The translations under genes were made by a program, and so were the position numbers. The notes beneath the pieces are model-generated. The model had not been told where the DNA came from, did no database searches, and saw only the letters and a program-made list of their open reading frames with translations. A stretch of 22,075 nt of DNA from Promethearchaeota archaeon (GTDB taxonomy: Archaea > Asgardarchaeota > Lokiarchaeia > Sigyniarchaeales > SOKP01): the NCBI GenBank assembly GCA_048938445.1, contig JBHLME010000074.1, forward strand, positions 1 to 22,075, given 5' to 3'. Every line of letters starts with the position of its first letter. Positions within the stretch are counted from its first letter, which is position 1. Below, piece by piece: positions 1 to 9,271 of this stretch.

Positions 1-108
1 ATTTTCTAATGCTAGTGAAAAAATAAAATTTTTTATTTTTTATTCAAGATAATTTTAAATCGTGTAATATGTTTATTTTTATTAGAAAATATATAATTTT
101 GATTAAAA

Positions 109-342
109 ATGGCAGTAGATAAAGATAAAGTAAAGGAAGTTATTGAGAAGATTAGACCTCAATTGCAAATGGATGGTGGGGATGTAGAACTCGTTGGTAT
201 TACGGATGATGGTGTTGTTCAAGTACGCTTACAAGGACATTGTGTTGGATGCATGCATGCCCAACAGACACTCAAGCTTGGTATCGAACGAGCAATCCAA
301 CAATTTGTACCTGATGTTAAAGAAGTCGTAAGTGTCTTTTAA
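109..342 (+). CDS. NifU/NfuA C-terminal domain Fe-S cluster carrier protein
   Basis: 77 aa with IRPQLQMDGGDVELV...VRLQGHCVGC...TLKLGIE, the NifU-C signature including the CxxC motif. Confidence 0.93.
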   Translation: MAVDKDKVKEVIEKIRPQLQMDGGDVELVGITDDGVVQVRLQGHCVGCMHAQQTLKLGIERAIQQFVPDVKEVVSVF

Positions 343-653
343 AATTATTTTTTTTACCTTTTTTATAAAAAATGATTACTTTTCTTTCAACGACAGAAAA
401 CAAGCTTAAAACTTTCATCATTATTTTTGATTAAATTTCTTTTTGAGAAAGTCCCAAACAAATTTCTATTATTTATAAAATTAAAAAGTAATATAATAAT
501 GTTTTAACTATTTCTCATTTAATTCAATTCCAATTCTTTTTTTCATTTTAAATTACTAATTTTTGGAATGTAGAATAATTCAAATTAGTAAATTTAATTA
601 CTTTTTGAATATTAACTTAAATATTCAATTATAATTAGTGTAAATGTATTAAA

Positions 654-1889
654 ATGAGTGATAGCGATAAAACCAGCAAAAAAAAAGGAAATACAGAAAA
701 TAAAACCTCTTCGAGGGGTAATCGGGATCAAAACTTGCTCCAAGCACTCGGAATATCGCAGGAAGAAAAAGTAGAATTAGAAAAGAAATTGAGTCTGGCA
801 GTAGCTTTTGATTCACTTTCAGAACATACATTTAATTTTATTTATAAGGATCAGTTACTTGAAAAACAATTAAAATTATTAACTACCCGCCTCGATAGCT
901 TAGGTAAATTTCGTGAAGAAGATAAACTATTAAAACAACAATATGAAGCTAAACAAATAAAAGATACAATATATAATTTAAAATCTAAAGCAGAACAAAT
1001 TGCTGCAAGTAAAGGATATGAAAAACCTTTTGATAGGAAATATCGAAATTATAATTTATTAATTACTATTCCTATTTTTGGAGTTTTTATAATATTAATC
1101 ATTATAGACACTATTTATACCCTTTCTTTAAGCATGTTCTTATTTCCACTACTCTGTGTCGCCTTTTTAGGACCTCGAATGTTAAAGGGATCGTTATTAA
1201 AAAAATGGCATGAATTTAAAGAGGAAAATAAGAACCAACTTTATACGGAAAATCGGGAAGATCATATAATTTTAAAGGAATATACTCAAGAGATATTAAG
1301 AAACGTTAGAGAAACGTTATTGGAAAAAAAAATTCCTCTCCAAATTATTAAGTTTCAACTTTTAAGCAGTGATTATGAGGATTTAAAAGTATTAGGGGAA
1401 TATCCAGTTAGGAATTTTCCCGGAGAAAAACAGCTTCTTGTAAGTTTTGAATATCCTCCTGGGATGGAACCGTTTCCTATTCCTGAAGGATTCAAACAAT
1501 TACAACAAAGTGAACAAAAACCTGAGAAGAATTTTGTAGTTCTCACGGAATTAAAAGCTAAAAATGGTATTATAAGTGATTTTTTACCATCACTTAAAGA
1601 TAAGTTTGCCAAGGAAATAAATGAAATGCTTAATAATAGCGAATTAGTTAAAGGTCCTGATGATATTCTTTCTATTATCCCAAATTATTCTGAAAAATTA
1701 GCAGTTTATTGTCCGTGTCGCGAAATCGTAAATGATTTTAATATTCAAATTTGTAATTGGAAGGATCAATTCAAATTTTATTTATTCGTAGGAGAAACTT
1801 GTAAATGTGGAGAAACAATTTATGCATTATCTTTAATAGATGAGAATGATGAGATTCCAGATGAATTGAAAATAATTTTTAGCAATTAA
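654..1889 (+). CDS. Hypothetical membrane protein (charged helical N-terminus, two-TM hairpin, Cys-containing C-terminal domain)
   Basis: 411-aa ORF. Hydrophobic pair LLITIPIFGVFIILIII / LSLSMFLFPLLCVAFLG, plus YCPC and TCKC near the C-terminus. No family recognised. Confidence 0.8.
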   Translation: MSDSDKTSKKKGNTENKTSSRGNRDQNLLQALGISQEEKVELEKKLSLAVAFDSLSEHTFNFIYKDQLLEKQLKLLTTRLDSLGKFREEDKLLKQQYEAKQIKDTIYNLKSKAEQIAASKGYEKPFDRKYRNYNLLITIPIFGVFIILIIIDTIYTLSLSMFLFPLLCVAFLGPRMLKGSLLKKWHEFKEENKNQLYTENREDHIILKEYTQEILRNVRETLLEKKIPLQIIKFQLLSSDYEDLKVLGEYPVRNFPGEKQLLVSFEYPPGMEPFPIPEGFKQLQQSEQKPEKNFVVLTELKAKNGIISDFLPSLKDKFAKEINEMLNNSELVKGPDDILSIIPNYSEKLAVYCPCREIVNDFNIQICNWKDQFKFYLFVGETCKCGETIYALSLIDENDEIPDELKIIFSN

Positions 1890-1960
1890 GAGATTTGTAT
1901 TTTCTTTTTTTATAATAATTTAGTTTTCCTACTTTTTTTTTAAACTTCCAAGAATAGCTT

Positions 1961-3316
1961 TCATTTTTTCTTTATTTTAGAATACCAATGATAAAGTAAA
2001 CTGTAACCTCTTACTGCCCTTTCTATTTCATTATCAAAGACAGGTAATTTTATTTTAGAAGCAGTATTTAGGACTCTTTTTGCTCCCTCTCTTTCTGCTT
2101 GAATTAGAATAGTGATAATCGGTTTATCAGGATATTGATTCTTTATTCTCTCAAAAACACTGAAATCAAACTCGATTTCGATAAAAAATTCAAGAGCAAG
2201 AATCAATCCATCTACATTTTTATCATTCAAGAGAGTGTTAGCAGAAGTAGTATAAATCCCACAAATTTTAATTCCAATAAATTTTTCGGGGGGCCAATAA
2301 TCTACAGGATTACCATATGAACAAGTTGACCCTCCAACTTTATCCACGATAATACTACGAGATTCTTCATTAGGTCGCGCAAGTGATAAATTTTGTTTTC
2401 TCATTTCTTTTACTATCAAATGTATTGCCCCCGAGCTTGGACCTATTATTCCTAAATTAACACCTTTAGGTTCAGGACACCATAAAAATATCTTAGCAAT
2501 TTCAAAAAGTTCAATATAGTTTTCAACAGCAATAGCTCCGGCTTCACTAAGTTCCCTTTCCTTTTGATCATCTTTACCTACATGAAAAATCAAAACAGGT
2601 TTATATAATGATACTTTTTTAACTGCTTTAATTAATTCATCTGAAATTTCCCTTAAAAATAACGAGATAACTTTTGTTGTATCATCATTTAAAAAATGTT
2701 CAAGCACATCTGCTTCATTTACGTGAAATCCTTGACCTAAATGAATCACTTTTGAAATAGGTAAATGTTGTGAAGGAGTCCACCACCCCATGGCACCAGC
2801 TAAACCCCCAGATTGAGTGATGAAACTCACGCCTTCCTTGACATTTTTATTTTCCTTCATTATATGTTGTCGCACGGGAATGATTGAGGTAGTAAAGTTA
2901 TCATTAAAATTAATTATTCCTAGCATTGAAGGTCCTAAATAGGTTATATCATATCTTTCACAGAGCTCACGCAATCTCTTAGCTTTATCATGAACATCCG
3001 TTCCAGGTTTTAATTCAGTTTGTATTGCAACATATTTTACCCCTATTTGTCCCAATTTTTCCACGATCTCAAGTATATTTTTTCCTAAGACAATTATTGC
3101 TAACTCAGGGATTTCTGGTAATTCTTCAAAAGCGTGATAAGATTTAACTCCTAAGATTTCATTGGCATTTGGATTTAAAATATAGAGACGACCATGGTAA
3201 AATATTTCCAATAAGTTTTTTAATATCGTATAACTAAATGAGAGGGCTTCTCTAGACGCTCCAATTATTAAAACACTTTTAGGATTAAAAAAGGGACCAA
3301 GTTTATTTTTTTCCAT
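1961..3316 (-). CDS. CoA-binding protein, ADP-forming acetate/acyl-CoA ligase alpha-subunit-like (apparently lacking the catalytic His loop)
   Basis: FFNPKSVLIIGAS start, LGPSMLGI (GPNCLG equivalent), TQSGG, NPVD and KPIIT motifs match ACD alpha. No SHTG motif. SD-like AGAAGGTG upstream on the minus strand. Confidence 0.85.
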   Translation of the reverse strand: MEKNKLGPFFNPKSVLIIGASREALSFSYTILKNLLEIFYHGRLYILNPNANEILGVKSYHAFEELPEIPELAIIVLGKNILEIVEKLGQIGVKYVAIQTELKPGTDVHDKAKRLRELCERYDITYLGPSMLGIINFNDNFTTSIIPVRQHIMKENKNVKEGVSFITQSGGLAGAMGWWTPSQHLPISKVIHLGQGFHVNEADVLEHFLNDDTTKVISLFLREISDELIKAVKKVSLYKPVLIFHVGKDDQKERELSEAGAIAVENYIELFEIAKIFLWCPEPKGVNLGIIGPSSGAIHLIVKEMRKQNLSLARPNEESRSIIVDKVGGSTCSYGNPVDYWPPEKFIGIKICGIYTTSANTLLNDKNVDGLILALEFFIEIEFDFSVFERIKNQYPDKPIITILIQAEREGAKRVLNTASKIKLPVFDNEIERAVRGYSLLYHWYSKIKKK

Positions 3317-3629
3317 TATTCACCTTCTATTAATTGTTTTATATTTAATTATTTTTCCATATTTAAATTAATTTTTATTAAAAATCATAGACATATTGAA
3401 CATTTAACTTGATAACTTTTCACCCAACCGAAGAACAGGCAATAAAATTTAAAATAAATATATTTTGAGAGAAATAATAAATCAATAATTCTCCAATTGG
3501 GTTTTTATATTAAATAATAGATTATTTAAATAATCACAAAGTTTTTAGATTTAACAGGTTATAACCATAAATTAGTAAAAATTTTCTAAGAATTATACTT
3601 ATTTAAATTACATTAACGAAGGTAATAAC

Positions 3630-6600
3630 ATGCAAAAGATTAAAATTAAAATGAAAAATACGAATTTAATTTCTATCATGTTTATCATATTTTTCATTAC
3701 TCCTATAATTGGAAATATATTCACATTTACGAACATTGTCTCTAATAAATATCAAAATGAAAATGTAAATGATTTTGGACTAAAAACAAGTGGAGATAAC
3801 ATTAATATTACCACTCCAGAGAATAGAACCTACACGGCTCCAATGAACGGATATTATCCCGCCACGCATGGATTTGAAAGTGATACTGATGGGACATTTC
3901 CTGTTGGATGGATAGATACAAGCCAACCAGGATGTAGTGCTCAGATCATTCCAGAATTAGGAGGTCATAAAAAAGTCTTTGAATTTAATGATAATGATTA
4001 TTCTAATCAGGTATTTGTCACAAATCTCTTTAATGAAATCAGGACCATTGATGGTGATACTATCGAGTTTTGGTGGAGAACTTCAGATTCGTCCAAAATT
4101 GGAGATGTTAGAGCATACGATTCGGGATTAACTACTATAGGGGTATATCTTCAAATCTCCAATGGTTATTATCAATACTGGGATGGAGTTGACTTGAATA
4201 ATTTAGCACCTTGTGGGAGCAATGTGTGGTATCATCATAAAATCGTTATATCATTTAGCACATCAACATTTAATTGGTACATTGATGGTAATTTACTTGG
4301 GACAAATTTACAATTATTTACAATAGACTTAGCATCATTTGTATTTTCAAGTACAAATGTGGGTTCTGGTCATACCAATTATTTAGATGCTATCAGCTAC
4401 TCTTGGGATCCGGATTACACCATTGGAGATAATATGAACGAAGGATTATTGCTCAGCTATGAAAATAGCACTGTCTTGGATTGGACGGGATATTCCTTGG
4501 ATGGAGCAGCAAACATTACTATTCAAGGTACTACGACGATCCCAATGCCTACTAGTGATGGATTGCATTCAATTCAAGTATTTGGGAATGAAACGAGTGG
4601 AATCATGCATACTTCTGACATCCGATATTTCACTACTAGTGCAATTGGAATCATTACACCCGAAAATAGAACTTACACGGCACCAATGAGCGGGTATTAT
4701 CCTGCAACGCATGGATTTGAGAATGATGTTGATGGTTTAGATCCTGTTGGATTTACCGCTTATGAAGGAACAGGTTGTTCAATAACAGTCTTGAATTCGC
4801 TAGGAGGCCATCAAAAAGTGGTAGAATTATATGATGGGTCCTCTGGAGATTATAATAATGCTATTTTAGAGCATAATTTTAGTCCCAAGACAATAGGCAC
4901 GGTTGAGTTTTGGTTTAGGAGAACTGGAGTTGATGAAGGTGGTAAAATGAGGCTCTGGAATAACTTAGGAACGATCGCACTTAATTTTCGTGAATATCTT
5001 GGATGGTTTCAGTATGAAAATGGCACGGATTTTATCAATATCATACCTCGAATTAATGACCAATGGTATCACATCCGATTTGATTTCAATACTATTTCCG
5101 ACACGGTTGATATTTATATTGATAATGTTTTAAGATTGGATGATCAACCTCTTACAGCAAGCGTGGATTCTGTGACTTCATTTAAGATCTCAACTAATCA
5201 ATTGGGTTCAAGTGATTATAGTTCATATGTAGATGCTATAGGATACTCTTGGGATCCAAATTATAATATAGGAGATAACATTAACGAGGGGTTATTGCTC
5301 AACTATGAAAATAGCACTGTCTTGGATTGGATGGGATATTCTTTAGATGGAGCAGCAAACATCACCATTCAAGGTACTACGACGATCCCAATGCCTACTA
5401 GTTACGGATTGCATTCAATTCAAGTATTTGGGAATGAAACGAATGGAATTATGCATACTTCTGACATCCGATATTTCACTACTAGTGCAATTGGAATCAT
5501 TACACCCGAGAATAGAACTTACACCTCACCAATGAGCGGGTATTATCCTGCAACGCATGGATTTGAGAATGATAATGATGGAACCAATCCTAAAGGATGG
5601 ATTATTAGTGAGCCAGGTTTACAGCAAGTGGATGTAATTTCAAGTTTTAATGGACATAATAAAGTGTTAAGATTATTTGATACCGAGTCAGGAGGAGGAG
5701 CGCAAGCACAGGCTACTAAGACGTTTTCACCTCAAACCACGGGTTCCATAGAATTCTGGTATTTAACTAGTGGTTATCAAGAAATGTGTAATGTAAGAAC
5801 GTGTGAAACATATAATACAATTGCTGCAATTAATTTCTGTAGTAATTTGGGTAATTTTTGGTATGAGAATGGAACTGATTGGATTTCAATTGCTACTTGT
5901 AATAGTAACCAGTGGTATCATGTAAAATTTGAATTTAATTGCTCGACTGATACTTATGATATCTTTATAGAGGATAATTTAATTTTAAATGATGCTCCTT
6001 TCTCTGGATCAGTACCATCAATAACAACAATTGAGATTCTTACAAGGCAGTGGGGAACCTCAAGTGACTACTACATGTACATAGACGCCCTAGGGTTATC
6101 TTGGGATCCTGATTACGCCATTGGAGATAACCTGAACGAGGGATTGTTGCTTAGCTATGAAAACAGTACTGTCTTGGACTGGGTGGGATATTCCTTGGAT
6201 GGAGCAGCAAACATCACCATTCAAGGTACAACGACGATGCCAATGCCTATTAGTTATGGATTGCATTCGATTCAAGTCTTTGGGAATGAAACGAGTGGAA
6301 TCATGCATACTTCCGACACACGATATTTCACTACAAGCGCAATTGGAATCATTTCACCCGCGAATAGAACTTACATCGCACCAATGAACGGATTTTATCC
6401 TGCCACGTATGGATTCGAAAATGATTTAATTGGATGTTTGCCACAAGATTGGACTTCTGACGAAATTGGTGGAACCTCTAGTGTAATTTATGAATTACAA
6501 GGACATAAATACGTGTTAGAAATGAATGATACTAATTCTAATAATTTGATATTAACTAAGAATTTCACAGAGCAAGTTACTGGAACAATAGAATTTTGGC

Positions 6601-9269
6601 TGTATTTAACTGATACTAATCTCAATGGATACACATTTAGAATTGATGATTCAGGAACGTCTAATGGAATATATTTATTGATCCGTTGGAATGAACTACG
6701 TCATTATCCTACAGCATCTTCTGTAAAACTTATGGATTATAACTTTGATAATGAATGGAAACATTGGAGAATAGAATGGGATTGTACAGATGATTGGCAT
6801 CTATGGATTGATGGAGTCAGTATTGATGCGGGTATCGGCTATAGTTATTGGTTACCTCCGATAGCAATGGATGGATTATTATTTTCTACACCAGGAGCTG
6901 AAAGTGGATTTCAAGCAAATATGGATGGGTTTGGATTTTCTTGGGATCAGGATTATTCAATTGGAGATAATATAAATGAAGGATTATTCCTTGGCTTTGA
7001 AAATAGCACCGTTTTGGACTGGATGGGCTATTCTTTAGATGGAACAGCAAACATTTCCATTCAAGGCAACACGACCATTCCAATGCCAGATGACGGCCAT
7101 CATACCATCCAAGTATCGGGAAATAGCACTGGAGGAATATATTACCAGTCGGATGTCAGGCACTTTACCGTGAAAAACGGCTTGATTTCGATTAAAACGC
7201 CTAAAAACATTACTTATACGACACCAATGAACGGATATTACCCTGCTACCTATGGATTTGAAAATGATCAATTTGGAGATCTCCCCTTAGATTGGATAGA
7301 TTGGTCTGGAAGTACATGTACAGTTGGAGTTATTGATTCTATTAGTAATTTTAATAAAATTTTAGAATTTAATGATCCCTCGAGTAGCGGACGAGCAAAT
7401 ATTATACAGCCCTTTCAATTAGCTCAATCTTCTGGAACCGTAGAGTTCTGGGTAAGAGCAACGACAACAACAAACCAGTTAATGATTGCTATTTTTGAAA
7501 CCAATGCAGTTGATGAGCTTTACATTCAATTAAGTGAAAATGGGTATATTAGATATTTTGATACCATATATCATGATATCACAACCTACGAGGCAAATAA
7601 ATGGTATCATTTCAGAGTGGAATTTGATACTACATCAGATTGGCATTTATGGATTGATGGGATCTCTCAGGATGGGGGTGCGGGGTATAATTTTAGAGGT
7701 AATCCGACTTCATTAAATACATTACAATTTTATACAGGAGTATCTAGTGGTTCAACATATTACATTGATGCAATTGGATATTCCTGGGATCTCCACTATA
7801 ACATTGGAGATAACTTAAACGAGGGATTATTGCTCAGTTTTGAAAATAGCACTGTCTTGGATTGGATGGGATATTCCTTGGATGGTGCAGCAAATATCAC
7901 CATTCAAGGCAACACGACCATTCCGATGCCCACGGGAAATGGATTGCACTCGATTCAAGTGTTTGGTACCACGCCCGATGGATATACCATCCAATCCGAC
8001 AAGCGTTACTTCTCTCTCGATTGGGAATACATTTATTTAAGACCAAGCCTTAACATCTTGGACATAATTGATGAATATGGCTTGCATATTGAAATTAATC
8101 TTAATGAAATAGGATTCTTGCACGTTAGTAACTTTTCTTTTACGATTCCGATAATGACTGACCTCGGTTATGGTCTATCCACGATGTACTTCTATAGCAT
8201 TGACTTGTATAGTGCTAATTTTGTTAAAGATGAGTCGATTCTTATGAGTATCACCATTAGATTTTATTATGATCCCTTGAAAATCAACGACCCCTCAGTT
8301 CTTAAGCTTTATCACTACGTTTCCAGCTTGGGGCAATGGCGCTTGGAAGGATTTGTTACAAACTTAATGCAAAATTACGTGGAACTAACTACCACCGATT
8401 TATCATATTTTTGCTTGACTGAGATAGATATTCCAGTCAATACATTTCCATGGCTCATCATCATCATAATCATTTTAAGTGCTATTGGTATTTCAATCCC
8501 TTCAAGCTACGTCATTATCTCACGTCGCAAGAAAAATAAAGGAGATAAGTATAAATCATTAAGAAAAAGAGAACATCACGCAAAAGAGTTACCAACTTTG
8601 CAAGATGAAAAATCTCGTCAAGTAAAAACCGTAAAACCACAAATCACTCCCGAAATGCTCACTCCAATCAAACCAAGGGAATTAAAAAGTATCATCAAGG
8701 TAAAAAAACCTAAAAAAGCTATAAAAACTAAAGTTGATGACCCTACAATTCATAATATAACTCTTAGTAAAAAAGAAATCGAAGAAGTAAAGAAAACTGA
8801 AAAGGAAATGCGCATTTTGAATCAAGAAGATTTCTGTCAAGTCCATAAAGGGCCATTAACAGGAATGACATATATTTGCCCTAAATGTAAAGCAAAATAT
8901 TGCGTGAAATGCGCTACATCATTATCACAACGAAAAGAAGGATGCTGGGTTTGTGATACTATTATAAAAATTGAATCCAATAAACAGGAATCAAAACCTC
9001 AAAATAAAAAGACTCCATTACTAAGAACGCTTGATAATAGTAAATTAAAAGAAATTTTTAAAAGTAAAAATATAACTGAAACTATTGAAAATATAGGTGA
9101 TATTAATATTTCCATTTTAGATAAAGAATTTTTGAAAAAGGTAAATCAATTTAAATGGGAAGAAAATGAAAAGCAGGAATTTATAAATGAAATGATAGCA
9201 TTACCTCCTTCAAAACGAGAAAAAATCTTAAATCGGATGATCAAATTATCCAAATATAAAGAGGATTAA
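3630..9269 (+). CDS. Giant single-pass cell-surface receptor-like glycoprotein: signal peptide, 5x (Ig-like domain with inserted ConA/LamG-like domain), membrane-proximal beta domain, TM, cytoplasmic Zn finger and helical tail
   Basis: 1879 aa. N-terminal hydrophobic leader, five ~281-aa repeats, many N-x-S/T sequons, TM at ~8445-8519 followed by RRKK, and C-x2-H...C-x2-C-x4-C-x2-C-x10-C-x2-C at 8835-8954. AAGGT SD-like site upstream. Confidence 0.88.
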   Translation: MQKIKIKMKNTNLISIMFIIFFITPIIGNIFTFTNIVSNKYQNENVNDFGLKTSGDNINITTPENRTYTAPMNGYYPATHGFESDTDGTFPVGWIDTSQPGCSAQIIPELGGHKKVFEFNDNDYSNQVFVTNLFNEIRTIDGDTIEFWWRTSDSSKIGDVRAYDSGLTTIGVYLQISNGYYQYWDGVDLNNLAPCGSNVWYHHKIVISFSTSTFNWYIDGNLLGTNLQLFTIDLASFVFSSTNVGSGHTNYLDAISYSWDPDYTIGDNMNEGLLLSYENSTVLDWTGYSLDGAANITIQGTTTIPMPTSDGLHSIQVFGNETSGIMHTSDIRYFTTSAIGIITPENRTYTAPMSGYYPATHGFENDVDGLDPVGFTAYEGTGCSITVLNSLGGHQKVVELYDGSSGDYNNAILEHNFSPKTIGTVEFWFRRTGVDEGGKMRLWNNLGTIALNFREYLGWFQYENGTDFINIIPRINDQWYHIRFDFNTISDTVDIYIDNVLRLDDQPLTASVDSVTSFKISTNQLGSSDYSSYVDAIGYSWDPNYNIGDNINEGLLLNYENSTVLDWMGYSLDGAANITIQGTTTIPMPTSYGLHSIQVFGNETNGIMHTSDIRYFTTSAIGIITPENRTYTSPMSGYYPATHGFENDNDGTNPKGWIISEPGLQQVDVISSFNGHNKVLRLFDTESGGGAQAQATKTFSPQTTGSIEFWYLTSGYQEMCNVRTCETYNTIAAINFCSNLGNFWYENGTDWISIATCNSNQWYHVKFEFNCSTDTYDIFIEDNLILNDAPFSGSVPSITTIEILTRQWGTSSDYYMYIDALGLSWDPDYAIGDNLNEGLLLSYENSTVLDWVGYSLDGAANITIQGTTTMPMPISYGLHSIQVFGNETSGIMHTSDTRYFTTSAIGIISPANRTYIAPMNGFYPATYGFENDLIGCLPQDWTSDEIGGTSSVIYELQGHKYVLEMNDTNSNNLILTKNFTEQVTGTIEFWLYLTDTNLNGYTFRIDDSGTSNGIYLLIRWNELRHYPTASSVKLMDYNFDNEWKHWRIEWDCTDDWHLWIDGVSIDAGIGYSYWLPPIAMDGLLFSTPGAESGFQANMDGFGFSWDQDYSIGDNINEGLFLGFENSTVLDWMGYSLDGTANISIQGNTTIPMPDDGHHTIQVSGNSTGGIYYQSDVRHFTVKNGLISIKTPKNITYTTPMNGYYPATYGFENDQFGDLPLDWIDWSGSTCTVGVIDSISNFNKILEFNDPSSSGRANIIQPFQLAQSSGTVEFWVRATTTTNQLMIAIFETNAVDELYIQLSENGYIRYFDTIYHDITTYEANKWYHFRVEFDTTSDWHLWIDGISQDGGAGYNFRGNPTSLNTLQFYTGVSSGSTYYIDAIGYSWDLHYNIGDNLNEGLLLSFENSTVLDWMGYSLDGAANITIQGNTTIPMPTGNGLHSIQVFGTTPDGYTIQSDKRYFSLDWEYIYLRPSLNILDIIDEYGLHIEINLNEIGFLHVSNFSFTIPIMTDLGYGLSTMYFYSIDLYSANFVKDESILMSITIRFYYDPLKINDPSVLKLYHYVSSLGQWRLEGFVTNLMQNYVELTTTDLSYFCLTEIDIPVNTFPWLIIIIIILSAIGISIPSSYVIISRRKKNKGDKYKSLRKREHHAKELPTLQDEKSRQVKTVKPQITPEMLTPIKPRELKSIIKVKKPKKAIKTKVDDPTIHNITLSKKEIEEVKKTEKEMRILNQEDFCQVHKGPLTGMTYICPKCKAKYCVKCATSLSQRKEGCWVCDTIIKIESNKQESKPQNKKTPLLRTLDNSKLKEIFKSKNITETIENIGDINISILDKEFLKKVNQFKWEENEKQEFINEMIALPPSKREKILNRMIKLSKYKED
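3801..8012 (+). repeat. Five intragenic tandem repeats, period 840-852 bp, each with a conserved block and a divergent block
   Basis: Conserved blocks begin at 4386, 5232, 6084, 6924 and 7767 (DA.GYSWD...YSLDG...RYFT...ITPENRTY...YYPATHGFEND). 4605-4663 is identical to 5451-5509 (59 bp) and 4681-4727 is identical to 5527-5573 (47 bp). Confidence 0.95.
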
Positions 9270-9271
9270 TC

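Noticed and set aside
359-372. Perfect palindrome TTTTTTATAAAAAA after the NifU gene
   Set aside because: A/T-only and expected by chance at this composition; at most part of a T-rich terminator.
3801-8012. Diversity-generating retroelement or CRISPR-like array as the explanation of the repeats
   Set aside because: No reverse transcriptase or cas gene in the window, differences between copies are not adenine-specific, and the repeats are long, in-frame and coding.
4459-8053. Family of similar short ORFs (4459, 5347, 6157, 7840, 7862 on +; 6096, 7035 on -)
   Set aside because: They are alternative-frame shadows of the repeated constant block inside the 1879-aa gene, and their similarity follows from the DNA repeat.
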